Below are positions 55,269 to 64,000 of a stretch of DNA of 64,000 nucleotides, piece by piece. Origin of the DNA: Octopus vulgaris (lineage: Eukaryota); assembly GCA_951406725.2 (NCBI GenBank), contig OX597823.1, positions 56,358,001-56,422,000 of the forward strand, written 5' to 3'. Position 1 is the stretch's first letter; every line of letters begins with the position of its first letter. A program made the translations under genes and the position numbers. The notes under the pieces are model-generated. The model was not told the DNA's origin, ran no database searches, and saw only the letters and a program-made list of their open reading frames with translations.

Positions 55269-57449
55269 TATATATATCTACATATATGTGTGTGTGTGTT
55301 AGTAACCCTTGATCTGAGTTACTGTGTTGAAACTAAACAATTGAATCCTAGAAGTGGTATGATAACCAGTTGAAAGCGCTCATATATCACTAAATTAATA
55401 TTTGTTTTAATTTTGCTAATAGAGGTACAACCTCAGTTTTCCAGAACATTTGGTTCCAAAGTCATTCCAGATTACTAAATTTTCTGAACATGGTGTGGTT
55501 ACACGTTAAATAAAACAAATATTAAATTTACTTAAATGATTAAATGAAATATAGGTACCTGTACATTAGTATAAATTATACAAGTTTATTAATATTGTAC
55601 TGTGCAAGGTGCCTGTAAATTTGTTTGGCAGCCATGGGAATATATATGTTTGTGGGAATATATATGTGTGTGTGTATATATATATATATATACATACATA
55701 CCTGTTTAATGTTGACTGTCAGAAGAAAGAATACTTTGATGTCATAGTTGAAATTAATCATATTTTTATTTTTATCTTGGTCAAGTTAATCTCTTGCTAC
55801 TCTGAGTTTCACCTGTGGGTACAGGGCTTCCGGGCAAGTTTTATATATATATGTATATCATTTAATATGAACGTTATTTAAATATGAATTACTAATAGTT
55901 TCATACTGCGGAAACACAATAATTCAGCTGATTTATATAAAGCCGAATTATTGTTTTCGCAGTATGAAACTATTAGCTCATATTTAAATACTGTGTTTAT
56001 TAACTGATATTTATCTCATTAGATGGAGCTCTTCTTTTGTTGACTCTACCTATAACAGAACAGTAAGCTATCTATCTATACACACACAAAAACATGCATT
56101 TTCTACAAATGACTGCTATTTTCATATAAAGACATAAAGTTCAACTTCTTTCTTTTATAACAAGCCAACAGTTGGCTTCTTGCATACAAATATGTCTTCA
56201 ATCCAGGGCAAGCCTTATTTATTATTAAAGTCCTACATAAGACAGCAGGCTGGACAAAATGCTTACTAGCTTTTCACCTGTCTCTGTTCTGAGTTCAAAT
56301 TCCACCAAGGTTGACTTTGCCTTTTATCCTTTCAGGGTCTATAAAATAAGTACCAGTCAAGTAGTGGGGTCAATGCAGTCAATTTACTCTTTCCCTGCAG
56401 AAATATCAGGCCTTGTGCCTGTAGTAGAAAAGGTTATTGAAGTCCTATATATTTATGACTAATGTAAGTCCAAAGGCAGCAATCTTTTGTATATATACTT
56501 ACTGTGTGTGTCTCGTCAAAATGTTCACCAAGGAATGTGAGGCAGGACATATGTGAGTCTAGATTTTCACTTTTGAAAACCAAAATCACCTGTAAAGAAA
56601 GGTATTTGATTGGAGGTCTGTCATCCAAGTTTGATTTTGGCAAAGGGAATGGAAGTTTTCTGCCACTAATACCAACTGTGGTCTTACTACATACTTTTTT
56701 TGTTTCTTTTTTTTTTTCTTGTAGTGATTTCAGTTATTGGAGGATAGCTGTGCTGGGGCACATTTTTTCTTTTTTCCTTTTCCTTTTTCTTTTATTTTTT
56801 TAAATATAAATTTGTTAAGTAAAAATTAAATCTTCACTGCCATATACTATCTACTACAATGTGTATGATTTTTCTGAAGGCGGTGAGCTGGCAGAATCGT
56901 TACCGCACTGGACAAAATACTTAGCGGTTATTTCATTTGTCTTTATGTTCTGAGTTCAAATTCCACCAAGATTGACTTTGCCTTTCATCCTTTCGAAGTC
57001 GATAAAATAAGTACCGGTTGACCGCTGGGGGTCAATGTAATCGACTTACACCCTCCTTCAAAATTACTGGCCTTGTGCCAAAATTGGAAACCAATATATG
57101 ATTTGCTGTCTAAACATTTATGTATGTTGTGTTGTATGTATAAGGTGCATACATATATATGTATCTTTATTTTTGCAATACATATATATCACAGATGTAT
57201 GTTTTGCTGTGTGTCTTTATGTGCACACATTCAATACATTTAGTGTATATGTGAATATGTTTGTGTGTAAATATGTATAATACTTTTTTTAAAGCAAATC
57301 CAAAAAAAAACAAATTAAAAGAAAAAACATTTAATAAAAAATATACTAAAATGCGTTCTTGTCTTATTTTAGTTTTAGAATCAAGCATTTTAAATTCTTC
57401 TCTGATAGTCTGAGGTTTGGTCTCCTAATATAAATTGGTAATAATTTTA

Positions 57450-57845
57450 TCTTTATATATAAAACTAAAGTTGTGTGTCTGTCTCCTACAATTTAGATTC
57501 CTAACTACTCCCACATTTTGCGGTGCAGTGTCACCAAAAGCAGGTATCTTATAGTCGTGATTCATATCGAGCCCTTCTGGGTATTAGTGCGCGTCTACGA
57601 TGAGTCTATGATTTAAAAAAAAATTTACCATAATTTTTTCCCATTTTTTAATGCATTTTTTGGCTATTATATAAGGGAAGTAACTCTCTAAAAATGTATT
57701 ATTAAATCTCAGAACGTAAAAAGCTACAGTAACACCCTCCTTTGTGGTTAGCCATATTGAGATTGCTATTATACTTTACATCTCTAAAAATGCTTATATA
57801 GTTATTTCCCTTACAAACCCGAGCAACGCCGGGCGATACTGCTAG
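57450..57845 (+). mobile_element. Non-autonomous Helitron
   Basis: 5' TC, 3' CTAG, subterminal hairpin CCCG-agcaacgc-CGGG (57818-57833), inserted between A and T, no TSD. Confidence 0.8.
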
Positions 57846-59853
57846 TATAATATATGTATATATATATATAACTCCCTCATAGTTCGAAATGATAGCTTTG
57901 TGGATAATGTGTTTGACTGGTTGAGCTCAAATCAGTTGCAGGCATTGTCTTTATTCTAACATACTTTATTCACTGCCAAGTTAGTGTTGCATCGATATGG
58001 TTAAGTGGGTTTAATATGTTGCAATATTTACTGGCAGAACATGAGTTCAAATCTGCTGTTAGTGTTTCGTTGTATTTCTGTCTGGGCAAAATTCTCTGGT
58101 CGATAATTAATACCATCAGTTCATATAGCTGTCAATTGGAATAGGGTTTTTTTTTCTTGTGGAGTGGAAGATTATGGCTCACATTTTTTTTTTTTGGCTA
58201 CTCAAGGCTGCTGGAGGGAAGAACATAGGAAAACTACTATTCATTGTCTTTTTTTTTTTATTCTTAGATCAGATTACTTACTTAAGTTCCTCCACTCCCT
58301 ATGGAATACAAGCCATTGATGACTTTTCTCCTTTGTTCTCAACTCTGGTTATGCTGGTTTTGAATTGTCATCAATGTTTCTGTAATTTTTACCTCTGGGA
58401 GGAAGTGGTTCATATTAGTAGCTTGCTCTGTGTGTGTCTCTCTCTCTCACTGTTTTCACACATTATTGATCTTACCTACCCACTTACCCTGTCCAGTCCT
58501 CTTGACTATTAATTCTCTTATGTTCACCTTCATGTAACTTGAGGGTACACCCTGATGCCTCTTTGCCATCTTCTCTCCTTTTCCAACTTGGGTCACCAGA
58601 TATCTCTTCTACTGCACCGGTTTCTATTTCTCTGTTACACTTGAACCTCTCATTGCTTGGCATAAAGCCATATTCCTTACTACCAGTTGAGAGAAAGATA
58701 TGTTTAAACAGATAGTGGTTATTGTTAAACATCAAATCAACCCTGAATGAGCAGACTTCTTTTAAGGATACATAGGACCACATTATATATTGCATGTTTT
58801 TTGGGTTTTTTTTTTTTGCATATTTAAGAGGGTTGGATGTGATTTGCGGAAGATTTGGCTCTCACAGAAAACACTGTAGACAGTGTTGTTGTTGCTATTG
58901 TTTAGCATCTGGTTAGTCTTAATCAAGCTGACCTGTGGTCAAAAGCATTTTATTTGTGACCATCTTGTCTTTTTCTGGATGTTTTTCTAATTTCCGTCTC
59001 TAGCATGTATTTTTCTAAGATGGCCCAAGTAAATTTGACTGTTATATCTAGCAGGTTGAGTGACCACATAGCCTTCCTCATTGGTTCATATAAAGACATT
59101 TCCTTGAAATGAATGGACACTGGACATTTATTTCAGTAAGGCTGAAGGTGTGATTTCATACTTATGTTGGAATTGTTCTTGACTTGATGTATACTGACTT
59201 GAAAAAGAAAAAAAATTTATCTGAATCTCATCAGTTCATATAAAGACAGTTCCTTGAAATGGCTACTGGGCATTTATGTCAGCAAGGGTGATGGTGTGGC
59301 TTGAACTGAAATGAAAGCAATCTAGAATCAAAGCTATGTTCCATCTGTCTTTCATCTTCCATCTCATTAATCAAATACCCAACGGACACTGTGGAAGTGG
59401 ACGTGCTTTACCAGTAAGCTGCCAGGTGTATACCATACAATTTATTATCAAATATATATGCACACAAAGAATTTCAGTTTCTGTCTACCAAATTCACTCA
59501 CAAAGTATATTTGACCTGCAGTTTATCCTTTTTTTAGGGCTCATTTTTGTTTTATGGTTTAATCAAAGAAGGCAAGCCAACACCCATTGTCATTTAACAT
59601 CTCTGAGACTGGTGACCTTATGACCTTGATATTTTCAAGCCAGAAACTTTGTCCTATTGGTTAAGAGCAAGTAAACTTTGATTAAACCACCCAAAGATCA
59701 TGTTATGTTAAATTCTGTGAGATATTAAATGTATGCTATGGTTACTATTTGGAATAGAAACTTGGTTATAGATCTGTATCTGTGTTACTTTAGCTCTTCT
59801 GCATGGCACTTGCCAATATTTAACATTTAGCATATGATACACATACATATATA

Positions 59854-60070
59854 TGAGGGGTTGCTGAAAAATTCCTGGCTTTAACGGTATTGTGAAAGGC
59901 CTAGTTGGAGGACCAACCTTCTGAGTTCTTTTGCAGGGCTTCCTAAAACTGGAGGACCACTGCAATAAGTGTGTGAATCTTAGAGGGGAATATGTAGAAT
60001 AAAATCATAATTAACTAATCCTCCTGTATTTTCTTTTACATAGAGCCAAGAACTTTTCAGCCCCCTCTCA
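59854..60070. mobile_element. mariner-derived MITE
   Basis: TA-flanked TIRs TGAG.GG..GCTGAAAA.TTC.TGGCT. Confidence 0.7.
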
Positions 60071-60182
60071 TATATATATATACACACACACACACATATA
60101 TGTACATATACATATATACATATATATATATATATACATACACATATATATATGTTTATATATATATATATATATATATATA

Positions 60183-60881
60183 TCATCATCATCATCATTT
60201 AGCGTCCGTTCTCCATGCTAGCATGGGTTGGACGGTTCAACTGGGGTCTGTGAAGCTGGAAGGCTTCATCAGGCCCAGTCAGATCTGGCAGTGTTTCTAC
60301 GGCTGGATGCCCTTCCTAACGCCAACCACTCCGTGAGTGTAGTGGGTGCTTTTTACGTGCCACCTGCACAGGTGCCAGACAGAGCTGGCAAACGGCCACG
60401 AATGGATGGTGCTTTTACGTGTCACCGGCACGGGGCCAGGCGAGGCTGGCAACGGACACGAACGGATGGTGCTTTTACGTGCCACCAACACGGGGGCCAG
60501 ACAGAGCTGGCAAACGGCCACGAAACGGATGGTGCTTTTACGTGTCACCGGCACGGGGGCTAGGCGAGGCTGGCAACGGGCACGAACGGATGGTGCTTTT
60601 ACATGCCACCGACACGGGGGCCAGACAGGGCTGGCAAACGGCCACGAACGGATGGTGCTTTTACGTGTCACCGGCACGGGGGCCAGGCGAGGCTGGCAAC
60701 GGACACGAACGGATGGTGCTTTTACATGTCACCGACATGGGGGCCAGACAGGGCTGGCAAACGGACACGAACGGATGGTGCTTTTACATGTCACCGACAT
60801 GGGGGCCAGACAGGGCTGGCAAACGGCCACGAACGGATGGTGCTTTTACGTGTCACCGGCACGGGGGCCAGACAGAGCTGG
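60183..60881 (-). mobile_element. SINE/LINE-tail element with (GAT)n tail and expanded internal tandem array
   Basis: Same family at 38008-38317, 49706-49833 and 61885-62064 (GGAAGGGCATCCAGCCGTAGAAAC..CATGCTAGCATGGA..GATGATG). Confidence 0.75.
60345..60881. repeat. ~61-bp GC-rich tandem array, about 8.7 units
   Basis: GGTGCTTTT recurs at 60345, 60408, 60468, 60531, 60592, 60654, 60715, 60777 and 60839. Confidence 0.95.
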
Positions 60882-61640
<759 letters not shown>

Positions 61641-62683
61641 AGTAGTACCTCAGTTTACAAACGCCTCTGATGACAAATAAATCAGACTTTATATATAGAT
61701 TATATATATATATATAAAGCACGATTTATTCGTGATCAGAGGCGTTTTTAAAACAAGTGTTCAGTCCCACTGTGTAGTACCTTGGGCAAGTATCTTTTAC
61801 TATAGCCATGGGCCAGCCAAAGCCTTATAAGTGCATTTGGTAGATGGAAACTGAGAGAAGACCGTCGTAAATTAATGTGTGTATATCATCATCATCATCA
61901 TCGTTTAGCGTCCGTTTTCCATGCTAGCATGGGTTGGACGGTTCTACTGGGGTCTGTGAAGCCAGAAGGCTTCATCAGGCCCAGTCAAATCTGGCAGTGT
62001 TTCTATGGCTGGATGCCCTTCCTAACGCCAACCACTCCGTGAGTGTAGTGGGTGCTTTTTACGTGATATATATGTGTGTCTGTGTGTTTTATTGCCTCCT
62101 TCCCTGATTTCACTTGATAGCTGTAATTAAATATCACCATCATGCATGCAGTGTTCTTTGTTTCCATTCTGCCATGATAACATATCTGGTCATGGGGAAA
62201 TTTTACTTTATTTGGAAATAGGTGAGGATTGGTGATAGGAAGAGCATCCAGCAGTAGAAAATCTGCCTCAACAAATTCCATTCAACACATGCAAGCATGG
62301 GAAAAGTGGACATTAAATGATGATGACATGTTACTTAATAATATAAATATATATATATGATCTATTCTTTTACACTTTGCAGTCGTTTGACTGCAGACAT
62401 GCTGGAGTACAGCCTTATAAAGGGTTTTAGTCAAACAAATCGCCTCCAGGACTTATTCTTTGTAAGCCTAGTACTTATTCTATCAGTCTCTTTTGCCAAA
62501 CTGGTAAGTTACAGGAACCATCAATTGTCAAGTGATGGTGGGCAGACAAATAGATACAATGACATACACACATAAACATATATATATATGATTATATGTA
62601 TATATACATACATATATATATATGATTATATGTATACATACATATATATATGTATATATATATACATATATGTGATTATATGT

Positions 62684-62740
<57 letters not shown>

Positions 62741-64000
62741 TGATTATATGTATATATACATAGATACATGCATATACATATATATATATATACACACACA
62801 TATACATATACCAAATCCACTCACAAGTCTTTGGTCAGCTCAAGGTTATAGTTGAAGACACTATATATATATTACATATATTTCCAAGTTTTGGATGGCA
62901 AATGAGATTACGTGAAGTTAATACTTTTCTCAAATTATGTGAGTTGGATGCACTTGAGGGGTTACAATTTTGATAATGTGGAAGCTGGTGTGTGTGTGGT
63001 GGGGCTTGAACATTAAAAGGAACTGTGGTAATCTTGATATGGTGTGGTGGTGTTCATGAAAAATGCTGGAAGTGTGATCATTGTAACACAAATTGTGTGG
63101 TTGTTAACAGAGCTGTAACTAATAACAAAAGCTGGTGACTTACTAATCAAGATCTGGCTTTATGCGGAGGCTAGGGGTTTAAAACCTTTTAAGCATTAAG
63201 ATATATTTTGCACTTGTAGTTTGCATGAGCTGTTTCATGATTAGAGTTTAAAGAATTTAGAAGCTAACAAGTTAAGATGTTGGGCAATCAAACCAAATGT
63301 TTATATTTTGACCTGAGCTAAGACGGTGTTTATTTGCTCATTCTTGCTGAAAATAGTGCCTTTTACTTCAGGTTTGTGATTTTAAAAATGTGCTCCCAGC
63401 TGTGTTAATAATAATAATAATAGTAAACAGAAAAAATAGAAACAGCCTACTCAAACATTTAATGTAATTTATGTAGAACAATCCGAACCAAGTTAGTATG
63501 AATGAATAACTATAAAACCATATCAGAAAACTGCTAGACCTCAATAAAAGCTATTTTCTTGATGTTCTGAAAAGTAAAATATTTGAGTTAACATGCTATA
63601 AATCACTTACAACCCTGTAGATAGTAGCATATCATGTGGGTTTTAGAACAGAGACAAATAGTGTAAATAAGCTACCAGGTGTATACCATACAATTTATTG
63701 TCTAATATATATATACATACATACACACACACACACAAAGAATTCTTTCAGTTTCTGTCTACCAAATCTCACTCAAAAAGTAAATTTGGCCTGCATTTAT
63801 AGTGGGAAGTATTTACCCATGGTGCTACACAGTAGGACTGAACCCAGAACCATGTGGTTTAAGGAGCAAACTTCTCACCACACTTCCACACCTGCAAATG
63901 GTGCAGAAAATATGAAGTAAATAAAAATTGCTGCTGTTGAAGTCCTACCCCATGTCAGCCCTGATTGAGCAGTTTTATTATGATCAAGGATTATTTATGC

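Noticed and set aside
60345-60881. CRISPR-like array, and 330-360 aa ORFs over 60346-61670
   Set aside because: There are no unique spacers and no cas genes, and the context is eukaryotic. The ORFs are stop-free translations of tandem repeat and microsatellite.

Overview
Eukaryotic, AT-rich, microsatellite-saturated DNA, most consistent with a coleoid cephalopod (Octopus-like; inferred from the repeat landscape, not verified). One convincing host gene is present: a single-ORF ADA2-family SAGA subunit, TADA2B-like (ZZ, SANT and SWIRM domains), at 45798-47249 (+), with a compact CpG-rich promoter. Most other ORFs in the track are microsatellite or SINE artefacts. The rest is mobile DNA: three or more tRNA-derived SINE families, LINE remnants (CR1/L2, RTE, CRE-like), Tc1, mariner DD34D and maT DD37D fossils, and hAT, Merlin-like, Helitron and piggyBac-like MITEs. 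The most interesting unannotated signal is a set of about eight minimal type-I hammerhead ribozyme motifs in Penelope-like repeat fragments. Three have a canonical core, one has an A6U core variant, and one palindromic element carries two back-to-back hammerheads. Also notable are Merlin-like MITEs carrying telomere-like (TAACCC)n tracts, a 61-bp A/B hairpin tandem array, and an apparent CpG-depletion boundary near 34 kb.
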